From Candidatus Kapaibacterium sp. (lineage in GTDB: Bacteria; Bacteroidota; Ignavibacteria; Kapaibacteriales; UBA2268): DNA of 64,000 nt. Location of the stretch: the NCBI GenBank assembly GCA_963665665.1, contig OY762428.1, positions 5,088,001 to 5,152,000 on the forward strand. The letters run 5' to 3'. The translations under genes were made by a program, and so were the position numbers. Positions 17,733 to 26,900 of the stretch are shown here, one piece after another. Under the pieces are notes generated by a model. It had not been told where the DNA came from and ran no database searches. It saw only the letters and a program-made list of their open reading frames with translations. The number at the start of each line of letters is the position of its first letter. The stretch's first letter is position 1.

Positions 17733-20690
17733 ATGAAAAAATTTTTTACACTAATAATGTTAGCGGTGATTTTCACTTTCCCCGGAATTGTGCAGGCTCA
17801 GTACGAGCTTAGAAGTATTCCGCTTCTGATGGAACCTGAAAATACACTCAGGCCTGATCAGGTGGATCTTGTCAGAAAGAATGTTCATAACTACGTTAAA
17901 GGCTTGCCGCTGGACCCGAAAGATGCAAAAGATTTTGCAAAGAATCCCCCAAGGGAAAGAATACAGGCTAACAATGGCTTTGAACTTATTAATTGTTCGA
18001 ATGCACCGGATGGGCAACATGAAACATGGATTGCCATAAATCCTACTGACGAAAAAAACATTATAGCCACTTCCAATGACAGCCGCTACCTTGTTCCTTC
18101 CGGGAAATACAAGATGCCTGCTTTTGTAACTACAGATGGTGGTGAAACATGGACAGAAACAACAACCCCGTCCAATATGGATATTTTTGTTGAGACACCT
18201 GCAAATCAATGGGCTCTTACAATTTTTGACCCTGGAATTACTTTTGATTCCAGGGGATGGGCATATTATTCCTATGGCTATACGCAAACAGTTGAGGAAG
18301 ATAAAAATGAAAACGGTGTTTTTGTTTGTGTAAGTAAAGATAAAGGCCTGACATGGGAAGGCCCTTATGCAGTAAGGGTAGAAACCGGTATAGGATTTCT
18401 TCCATTCCACGACAGGTATACAATTGCTGCCGATTATTTCCATACCTCTCCGTACAGAGACAATGTTTATATTACCTGGATGAATTTTGACAATTTTAAC
18501 CCCGGAATTATGTTTTCAAAATCAAATGACGGTGGAGAAAACTGGACCAGAATGTCTTATGTGCCCGGTGGAAATTTGCGTGAAGGCGAACAGGCTCCCG
18601 TACCATGTGTTAGTAAAAATGGTGATATTTATGTTGTTTTCAGGGCTAAGGGGTCAACAGAAAACCAGACTGTTGCAAAATTTGTCAAATCAACAGATGG
18701 TGGTGAAACATGGGTAGGTGAAGCAAAAGCTATTCAGAATGTTTACAATCCCGGAGTAAAATATTTAACAAGGTTTGTTTTCGAGGACAAACAAAATATC
18801 AGGGTATCTGCCATTCCGGAAATTGCCGTTGATAATTCAAATGGCCCAAGGCAGGGCTGGATATATGTTATCCAGGCCGGAAGGGAAACAATCCAGGGTA
18901 AATATGGTATTTACATGGCTGTGTCGAAAGATGGCGGCGAAACATGGAAAAGCAACATCAGGATTGATGATGCCACTGAAAGAAATGATATGATGTTCCC
19001 GGCAATTGCCGTGGACGATAAAACCGGCGCTGTAATGGTATTTTATTACTCGTCCCAGAATGATCCTGAAAATAAGGGTATAGACGGTTATATTGCTTAT
19101 TCACAGGACGGTGAGAATTTTACAAATGTAAGGCTTACACCGGAAACCTGGTATTTAACCAGTACAAACGATGTTGCCCCGCAGGGTTCTGCAAGTAATA
19201 TTTATTGGGGTGATTATACATCAATGGCAGCAAAGAATGGTAAATTCTATCCTCTTTTCTGGATGCCTGAACCTGTTACAGGGAATTTCAGCCGCCTTGA
19301 TTTGTTTACTTCCGTTTTGTCACTTCTTCCAAATCCTCCGGAGAATTTCAGAGCCAAACCAGACTTTGAAAATCCCGGACAGATAGAAATTTCATGGATC
19401 GATCCTGATGGAACGAGCCTTGGAACTGATCTTGGAAATTTCAAAATGCATTTGTATCGTGATAATGAACTGCTCGTTGAAGTTGATGCCGGGGTTCAGT
19501 CATATACTGATAAAGGGCTTGAATCCGGAAAGAAATATGTTTACAGCCTTGTAGCCAAATCTGACCTTGGCTATAGCGACAGAGTATATGCCGGTGCTTA
19601 TGCAGGTGGCAATCCTTTGGCTTATGCCCCGGAATTAATTGCAGCCAAACCTGCCGATAACGGAATAATGGTTGAATGGAGAAATCCTATGTACCACGTG
19701 GACAGTACCGTGGCCGGCGATATTAAAACAATTGAAATATACGTTAACGGCGAAAAGGCAACCGATGTTGAAGGTACGCTGAATGCCGGTGATGTCATGA
19801 CTGAACTTATCACACTTGAAACCGAGAAATTTTATGATGTAACAGTAAGGGCTATTACTGCAAGAGGTGACAGTACTTATGAAAGTTTATTTTCAAATGA
19901 AATGATGGGCTATGCAGGAGCTCCGTTTGCAGAGCTTGACGAGAATTTTGATAATGTTTCTGAAATGATCCCTTATTTTACAGACGGCTGGGCTATTACA
20001 AATGTAGTATCGGTTTCTGAACCTAACTCAATAACAGATTCTCCGGACGATGATTACGGAGAAGGTGAAAACAGATTGATCTTTGCCCCGGTTGTTGTAA
20101 ACTCAGAAAATACCACACTGCATTTTGATCATATTGGGATTATTGATAATACTATTTCCGATATGGGCAGAGTGATGATAACTAATAATTTTGGTAAGTC
20201 ATGGAAACACCCGCTTTGGGTTCAGCTTGATAATTACCCGGAAAAATGGTCCAAAGATATTACTGAGTGTGAATGGGTAAGTGAAACAATAGATCTTACT
20301 GAATTTGTTGGTGATACGGTTTTTGTTCAGTTCCAGTTGGTTTCCAATGCTTTCAGGAATGAAGACGGCTGGTATATTGATAATCTGGGAATCGATAACA
20401 GGCCAGTTGGTGTTGATGATATGCCATCTGTGAGCTTCAGGACAAATATTTATCCTAATCCGGCAGAAAACATTGCATCACTGTCTGTTGACTTATCTCG
20501 TCCGGCAAATGTTAGTATTGAAGTATTCAACAGCTACGGATTGAAAATTATTGATATTCCTTCTGCCGATATGACAGTTGGTAATTCAGTGTTCAATTTC
20601 GACCTGAATGATAATGCTTCGGGTTCCTACTATTGCAGGATAAAAGTTGATAATCAATATCAGACTATTCCTTTTGTAATTGCAAGGTAA
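17733..20690 (+). CDS. T9SS-secreted BNR/Asp-box (sialidase-fold) protein with FN3-like domains
   Basis: Signal peptide (VQA-QY). Asp-boxes TTDGGETW, SKDKGLTW, SNDGGENW, STDGGETW. FN3-like 'ISWIDP...YTDKGLESGKKYVYSLVA'. CTD 'IYPNPA...ASGSYYCRIK'. Start chosen from the ATG cluster 17727-17733 after AAGGA. Confidence 0.82.
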   Translation: MKKFFTLIMLAVIFTFPGIVQAQYELRSIPLLMEPENTLRPDQVDLVRKNVHNYVKGLPLDPKDAKDFAKNPPRERIQANNGFELINCSNAPDGQHETWIAINPTDEKNIIATSNDSRYLVPSGKYKMPAFVTTDGGETWTETTTPSNMDIFVETPANQWALTIFDPGITFDSRGWAYYSYGYTQTVEEDKNENGVFVCVSKDKGLTWEGPYAVRVETGIGFLPFHDRYTIAADYFHTSPYRDNVYITWMNFDNFNPGIMFSKSNDGGENWTRMSYVPGGNLREGEQAPVPCVSKNGDIYVVFRAKGSTENQTVAKFVKSTDGGETWVGEAKAIQNVYNPGVKYLTRFVFEDKQNIRVSAIPEIAVDNSNGPRQGWIYVIQAGRETIQGKYGIYMAVSKDGGETWKSNIRIDDATERNDMMFPAIAVDDKTGAVMVFYYSSQNDPENKGIDGYIAYSQDGENFTNVRLTPETWYLTSTNDVAPQGSASNIYWGDYTSMAAKNGKFYPLFWMPEPVTGNFSRLDLFTSVLSLLPNPPENFRAKPDFENPGQIEISWIDPDGTSLGTDLGNFKMHLYRDNELLVEVDAGVQSYTDKGLESGKKYVYSLVAKSDLGYSDRVYAGAYAGGNPLAYAPELIAAKPADNGIMVEWRNPMYHVDSTVAGDIKTIEIYVNGEKATDVEGTLNAGDVMTELITLETEKFYDVTVRAITARGDSTYESLFSNEMMGYAGAPFAELDENFDNVSEMIPYFTDGWAITNVVSVSEPNSITDSPDDDYGEGENRLIFAPVVVNSENTTLHFDHIGIIDNTISDMGRVMITNNFGKSWKHPLWVQLDNYPEKWSKDITECEWVSETIDLTEFVGDTVFVQFQLVSNAFRNEDGWYIDNLGIDNRPVGVDDMPSVSFRTNIYPNPAENIASLSVDLSRPANVSIEVFNSYGLKIIDIPSADMTVGNSVFNFDLNDNASGSYYCRIKVDNQYQTIPFVIAR

Positions 20691-20708
20691 CAATAGCAAA
20701 TAATTAGA

Positions 20709-20744
20709 AAAAATGCTTCCTGAAATAGTTCGGGAAGCATTTTT
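20709..20744. terminator. Bidirectional intrinsic terminator
   Basis: AAAAATGCTTCCTGAA-ATAG-TTCGGGAAGCATTTTT between convergent genes. Confidence 0.85.
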
Positions 20745-20766
20745 AATTTATAAATTATTAAAAAAA

Positions 20767-21120
20767 TCAGCTTAATAGCTTTTCGTTGATTTCATCAACT
20801 GCTTCATCAATCGTAGGGGCATAGTCAAACAATGTTTCTATCTGTGATATATCCAGCAATGTTTGAACCATTGGTTGTATGCCAACCAGGTAAACCGGGA
20901 TTTCATGGTCTTTAAGTTGCCTGTTGGCAAGTAGCAGTGCGCCGAGCCCGGAGCTGTCAATTAGTTCTACTGTTGTTAGGTCGATAACCAGTGCGTCAAT
21001 GTTCGGTTGGCAAACTATAAGTAATTCGGCTTTGAATTTTGGTGAAACTTCTGCATTTAAGCTACGGTGTTTCAAAGCAAAAATTACTATTTTGTCTCTG
21101 CGTTCGATAGTGTAATTCAT
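20767..21120 (-). CDS. STAS-domain anti-sigma factor antagonist
   Basis: 117 aa. 'VIDLTTVELIDSSGLGALL' carries the phosphorylatable Ser motif of RsbV/SpoIIAA. Confidence 0.88.
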   Translation of the reverse strand: MNYTIERRDKIVIFALKHRSLNAEVSPKFKAELLIVCQPNIDALVIDLTTVELIDSSGLGALLLANRQLKDHEIPVYLVGIQPMVQTLLDISQIETLFDYAPTIDEAVDEINEKLLS

Positions 21121-21162
21121 ATTTCTTATTTTTGTTTTTTAAAAACAACTTTTTTCAATTAT

Positions 21163-22215
21163 ATGAAGATATTAAATAAATCTATTTTAAACAACATTTT
21201 AATTATCAGATTAAGTTCGATGGGGGATGTAATCATTGCAACCCCGCTTATAAGGCTGATAAATCAGAAATTTCCCGACGCGAAAATTGATTTTGCAGTG
21301 GCACAAAATTTTGCGGACATTTTAAAATACAATCCACGGATTAACAATATTTATCACTATGATAAATCCATTCCACGGAATATGCAGAAAGAATCCAGGA
21401 ATAAATTTCTTAGTGAAATCAATTTAAAACAATATGACCTGCTTATAGACCTGCAGAAAAACATACGTTCATATCAGTTTTCTTCCGGAATATTTAAAAG
21501 CAAAGTAAGCATGAATAAAAACCGGCTTCATAAACTTAGCCTGGTTTATTGTAAAAAGCCTTTAAAAAGTGGTTTAAGGGTTGCTGAGGAATATATCAGG
21601 ACTGTTGACGAACTTGGCGTTAAACCGGATAAAAAATGCCCTGAGATCTGGTTGCAATCTGATTTAGACAGCGGCAGGTATCTTCCTCACTTCAGGAAAC
21701 AAACAAATGAAATAAAAAATATTGTGATTGCACCGGGAGCACATCACTATACCAAGCAGTGGCCTAAAGAAAAATTTGCTGCTCTCGTGAAATTATTAAT
21801 TGAAAAATATAATTGCAGTATAAAACTGACAGGGGGGAATGCTGACGTGCAAATCTGCGATGACATTATCCGGCAGTGCGGGATGAATATTGAAAATATA
21901 GCAGGCCGGACAGATATTATTGGTACAACGGAGTTGATCGATAAATCTGATCTTGTGATTTCAAACGATACGGGAGTAATGCATATTGCTTCTGCAAGGA
22001 ATGTTCCTGTTGCAGCGATCTTTGGTTCAACTGTTCCGGAACTTGGATTTTCACCGTATAATGTGAAGCATGAGATTGTGCAGAAGAGTATTAAATGCAG
22101 GCCTTGCACTCATATCGGCAGGGCGGAATGCCCCAAAGGCCATTTTGACTGCATGAAAAAAATTGAACCTTCTGATATTATTATGGCTGTTGAAAAACTG
22201 TTTTCCCGCAGCTGA
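21163..22215 (+). CDS. Glycosyltransferase family 9 (LPS heptosyltransferase WaaF/WaaC-like)
   Basis: 'IIRLSSMGDVI', 'APGAHHYTKQWP', 'SNDTGVMHIASA...AIFGST', 'CRPC...CPKGHFDCM'. Start reassigned to ATG 21163 to avoid overlap with the STAS gene. Confidence 0.9.
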   Translation: MKILNKSILNNILIIRLSSMGDVIIATPLIRLINQKFPDAKIDFAVAQNFADILKYNPRINNIYHYDKSIPRNMQKESRNKFLSEINLKQYDLLIDLQKNIRSYQFSSGIFKSKVSMNKNRLHKLSLVYCKKPLKSGLRVAEEYIRTVDELGVKPDKKCPEIWLQSDLDSGRYLPHFRKQTNEIKNIVIAPGAHHYTKQWPKEKFAALVKLLIEKYNCSIKLTGGNADVQICDDIIRQCGMNIENIAGRTDIIGTTELIDKSDLVISNDTGVMHIASARNVPVAAIFGSTVPELGFSPYNVKHEIVQKSIKCRPCTHIGRAECPKGHFDCMKKIEPSDIIMAVEKLFSRS

Positions 22216-22737
22216 TTATCTTTTCAGCTCCCATACCGATTTTTTCAGCATACTCTTAAATATCATTGTATGGAAAGGTTTTATTATTGAAAAATACCAC
22301 CTGCCAATACTATTTTTAAACCTGACACGAGTTGAAGCTGATAAATGATAATTATTCTCGCCATGGTCATCCAGAATTACTGACATCGTAAAATCCAGGT
22401 GGCTGTCGTCCTCGTAGAAAACAACTTCACTGTCATTCATATCCCTGATCTCCCACATTCCGAATTTTTTTTCTTTCCGGAAGTTATCCGCCGACAGGCT
22501 TTTATAAAAATTGGAACTGCCGCCGCGCAATCCGATTATTTTAACAATAAAATCCCTGATGCGAAACATACCAAGAACCCAGTCCGGAAGGGTAGTGAAC
22601 ATTGCTTTTGCCGCGTCGAATAACTCAATATCTCTGTGCGTTTGGAACCTTACACCGTAGGAATCCTGAAAATTTGTCCTTCTGATAATTTCACAGGCTA
22701 ATTTATGGCGTTGGCTGTCTTGTTTCAATACTATCAT
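22216..22737 (-). CDS. DUF2867-like protein
   Basis: 'PDWVLGMFRIRDFIVKIIGL', 'DDSHLDF', 'TRVRFKNSIGRWYFSIIKPFH'. Confidence 0.8.
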   Translation of the reverse strand: MIVLKQDSQRHKLACEIIRRTNFQDSYGVRFQTHRDIELFDAAKAMFTTLPDWVLGMFRIRDFIVKIIGLRGGSSNFYKSLSADNFRKEKKFGMWEIRDMNDSEVVFYEDDSHLDFTMSVILDDHGENNYHLSASTRVRFKNSIGRWYFSIIKPFHTMIFKSMLKKSVWELKR

Positions 22738-23044
22738 CTAATTTCTTCTTATCTTATCATTGAAATGAAAACCTGATTTTGTAAAAATACGTTATTTTCG
22801 TGAGATGGTAATGTTGTTTCGGGAAAAAATATTGAATCTTCAGATAGAATTCTATCGAACAGTATGGAAATTCTTTTCCTGATAAACCATAAAATGACAG
22901 ATAATTCTGAGCCGGCAAAAATAAAAAATGGTTGGTTGGACTCTAATCAGGTGAGTATGTTTTTTAACCATCAACTGCCATTGTAATACTATGATAATAT
23001 TGCTATTAATGCCGTTTGTGCATCATGCGGAAACGATTTATCAC

Positions 23045-23464
23045 GCTTAGAATACCTTGTTTTGTGCAATAATAGCGTTCCCTCGTGCTTTCCGAGCGAT
23101 GGTTTGTGCTTTCCGAGTATTCCCCCAAGCTTTCCGAGCATTCCTCCGTGCTTTCCGAGCGTTCCCCCGTGCTTTCCGAGCATTCCCCAATGCTTTCCGA
23201 GCGTTTCCCCGTGCTTTCCGAGCGTTTCCCCGTGCTTTCCGAGCGTTCCCCCGTGCTTTCCGAGCGTTCCCCCAAGCTTTCCGAGCGCTTGTTTGTGTTA
23301 TCTTAGGCTTGGTATGTGCCGTCTTAGTATTGGTTCATGTCGTCTTAACCTTGGTTCGTGTCGTCTTAGCCTTGGTATGTGCCGTCTTAACATTGGTTCG
23401 TGCCGTCTTAGCATTGGTTCGTGTCATCTTAGAGTTGGTTCGTCCTTTCCAAGACATTTTTTCA
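23045..23464. repeat. Two-block 21-bp tandem repeat array (10 type-A + 7 type-B units plus degenerate flanking units, all in one register)
   Basis: Type A, consensus GCTTTCCGAGCGTTCCCCCGT, starts at 23087, 23108 ... 23276. Type B, consensus GYCGTCTTAGCMTTGGTTCGT, starts at 23297 ... 23423. Degenerate units at 23045, 23066 and 23444. Confidence 0.95.
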
Positions 23465-23889
23465 GGTAAAATTTTACTCAGAAAATACAGAGTTTCACTT
23501 TTTTTATATAGAAATTCGTTCTATTAGATTGGCCGATCCCTATTTTCAATTGATGTTTTGGTACGGAAGGGCCGGTATTTGTTTTTTCCGGGTGAATATT
23601 GGATATACAAACATTGAAGTTTACTATGCCCGGCAAAGTTGATGATTCTTTAGCACATTGTATCAGAACTTCAGTCCATATAATGTTTCCTGCCACAGCT
23701 TTGATTATTCGATTACACTAACTGACCGCTCCCAAAGAGGCAGTCTCAATATTCAGAATTTTTGCGATTTGTTATTCCCCAATAAATCCCCGACCCATCG
23801 GGGCATACTGAGGGTAAGGCGTCTTTGGGGAGGTTAAAATCGCTGATTGTTTCGTTCCGGAATCAGTGTTTTTTAAAAATTTCAAACAT

Positions 23890-23916
23890 AAAAAAAGCCC
23901 GAATTCTTATCCGGGC
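23890..23916 (-). terminator. Intrinsic terminator of kgd
   Basis: Minus strand reads GCCCGGAT-AAGA-ATTCGGGC-TTTTTTT, 27 nt after the stop. Confidence 0.8.
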
Positions 23917-23943
23917 CTTAATAAAAATTGTTAAAGAAAAGAA

Positions 23944-26900
23944 TTATTCGAAAGCTTTTTCAAGAAGTTCCCTTTGCTCTATAACGTGCTTGGTATATGA
24001 ACCGGTGGCAGTACTTGCACTTTCTTTCCTGGCAGAAACATTAAGTTTATGCCGCTTCAGAAGAAGGCCAGACAGCCGGGGCATAATATAATACCATGCG
24101 CCCATATTTATCGGTTCTTCCTGAACCCAGACAAATTCACTGACTTTGGAATACTTCCTGATGATCGATTTCATAACCTTTTCATCGAAAGGATAAAGCT
24201 GTTCAACTCGAACAATAGCAACATCATTGATTTCTTTAGCATTAATATACTCAATAATGTCGTGATATATCTTTCCGGTGCAAAGCAGGACTTTCCTTGT
24301 TTTCTCAGGTTCGGGGTTTCCTTCGTCGATAATAGTTTTAAAACCACCGCTGATAAATTCTTCAACAGGTGAAACAGCCGTGGCTGTTCTAAGCATACTT
24401 TTCGGAGTCATAAGAATTAGTGGTTTTCTCCATTCTGCATTTACCTGGCGGCGCAGCAGATGGAAATACTGAGCCGGAGTACTCAGGTTGCAGACTATCA
24501 TATTCTCGTCCGCACATGTCTGAAGATGCCTTTCCAGCCTGGCACTGGAATGTTCAGGCCCCTGGCCGTCGTAGCTGTGGGGGAGAAGCATTACCATGTT
24601 TGATACCTGGTTCCATTTTGTTTCAGCGCATGACAGGAATTGATCGACAATTGGCTGCGCCATGTTTGCAAAATCGCCGAACTGTGCTTCCCATAAAGTT
24701 AAAGCCTGAGGTTTAACTACACTATATCCGTATTCAAATCCCAGAACTCCCATTTCCGACAGGGGACTGTCATATATTCGAAGAACACCCTGTTCGTCCC
24801 GGATTTTGTTCAGAGGGATATACATTTCCTCGGTCATTGTATCGAAAAGAGCCGCATGGCGCTGGCTAAATGTTCCGCGCCTTGTATCTTCACCCGAGAA
24901 TCTGATATCTCTGCCTTCTGTAAGAATTGTACCAAAGGCAAGAAGTTCAGCCATAGCCCAGTCTATTGAATTTACTTTGGGTTCGATCATTGACGCGCGT
25001 TTTTTCAATAGCGATAATACTTTCTTGTGTGCTTTGAATCCTACCGGAACTGTAGTTAAAGTTTGCGTAATTTCTTCAATCAGGTTTTCTTTAACAGAAG
25101 TTTTTACAGGCTTGAAAATATCGCCGGAATTATATTTTACTAATTCTTTGTTATCAGCGGCTTTTCCTTTTTTGCGTGATTTATATGCATCTTCAAGGCC
25201 TGCTTTAATTTTTCCTGTAACTTCTTTGATCCTGTCATTATTAAGAACTTTCTCCGCAATAAGTTCCTTTTCGTATTTTTGCCTTACACCGGCCATAGAC
25301 TTTATCTTTTTGTAAAGCAGGGGCTGAGTGTATGCGGGTTCATCTGCTTCGTTATGCCCGTATTTTCTGAAGCTGAGAATATCGAGTATCACATCGCTTC
25401 CGAATTTTTCCCTGTAAAGGAAAGCAAATTCAGCTGCTGCAATTACAGATTCCGGTTCGAACCCGTTCACGTGAATGATAGGAACCTGTATCATTTTTGC
25501 AATATCGGTAGCATATACCGAAGATCTGGATGATTCAACGGTTGTGGTAAAACCTATCTGGTTATTAATAATAATGTGTATTGTTCCGCCGGTTTTATAG
25601 CCGTCAAGCTGGGACAGGTTAAGGGTTTCTGCAACAATTCCCTGTCCGGCAAAAGCAGCATCGCCATGTATAAGAACCGGCAGGTTGTTTTTATGATTTT
25701 TATCTTCAATTTTGTTGTTCAGTGCCCTTGCCATTCCTTCAACAACAGGATTGACAAGTTCGAGGTGGCTGGGATTGGGAGCAAGGAGCACATCAATTTT
25801 TTTATCCTTTTTAGTTTTGTATCTGCCACTGGCTCCAAGGTGGTATTTTACATCACCCGATCCTGAATAGAGAGTAGTGTCTATATCATCATCAAATTCA
25901 TCGAATACCTGCTTCATATCCTTGCCAATATTATTTACAAGAACATTCAGACGCCCCCTGTGAGCCATTCCAAGCACAACGGAATTTAGTTCCTTTTCAG
26001 CGGCATTTCTGAAAATTTCATCAAGCAGAACAATTATAGATTCGCTGCCTTCAAGCGAAAAGCGTTTATGCCCTACATACTTGGTATGAAGGAAATTTTC
26101 GAAAGATTCAGCTTCTGCTAACTTGTTATATATTTCAATTTTCTCATCATTTGAAAAAATTCTGGTATTTTTACTGCCTTCAAGATAACGTTTTATCCAT
26201 TCTTTTTTATCAGGGGTCTGAATATGCATAAATTCAACACCTATCGGGCCGCAATAAGTTTCCCTGACTGTTTCAATTATTTCCCTGAGCGGGAGATTAT
26301 TCTTCTGCCATGAATCATCTGCGTGGAACTGCCTGTCCAGATCCCAAATCGTGAAGCCGTAATATGCCGGGTCAAGCTCCGGGTAATAATAAGATTCCTG
26401 CCCAAGCGGGTTTATTGAAGCCAGAAGGTGTCCCCTTACTCTGTATGCATTTATCATCAGCATGGCATGGGCCCCTTTTTCTATCATGTCGTCATTAACG
26501 AAGGTTCCCGGCTTTGCGGAAGAATACTTGTCAACTGTCCACCTGATAGGTTCAAACGGGATTTTCAGAGCTGCAAATATCTGGTCATAAAAATGCTTTT
26601 CTCCAATTAATAGCTTGTTTACGTAAGCAAGAAATTCCGCCGACTCGGCACCCTGGATTATTCTGTGGTCGTAGGTATTAGTCATTGTAACAACTTTTGA
26701 AACTGCCAGGTTAGTCAGCATATCAGGCCTTACAGCCTGCAATTCCGGAGGATAGTTTATTGTTCCCGAGGCAATGATCATACCCTGGCCTTTCATCAAG
26801 CGGGGATTGGAAAAGCTGGTTCCAATCATACCGGGGTTTGTAAGCGTAACAGTTGTATCCATAAGGTCGGAAATATCAAGCTTATTATTTCGGCTTTTAT

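Noticed and set aside
17760-18443. Long antisense ORFs (e.g. 17760-18443, 24806-25315, 39145-39780, 55769-56302)
   Set aside because: They are shadow frames of well-supported genes on the opposite strand, with no motifs of their own.
23298-23426. Stop-codon recoding to rescue the minus-strand heptad frame
   Set aside because: The frame contains both TAA and TGA, and ordinary genes here end in TGA (6044, 8626, 11421), so the standard code applies.
23045-23464. CRISPR or other guide-RNA array interpretation of the 21-bp repeats
   Set aside because: Units are contiguous, the variable halves resemble each other rather than being unique spacers, the period is too short, and no cas or other effector gene is recognisable in the window.
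22989-23527. Five overlapping ORFs across the array listed as genes
   Set aside because: Open frames follow automatically from a stop-poor 21-nt unit, and none has a convincing RBS or family motif. Kept only as a hypothesis in the findings.
23478-23696. 72-aa minus-strand ORF upstream of the array
   Set aside because: GTG start, no recognisable motif, and manual translation of other frames gave no pseudogene signal.
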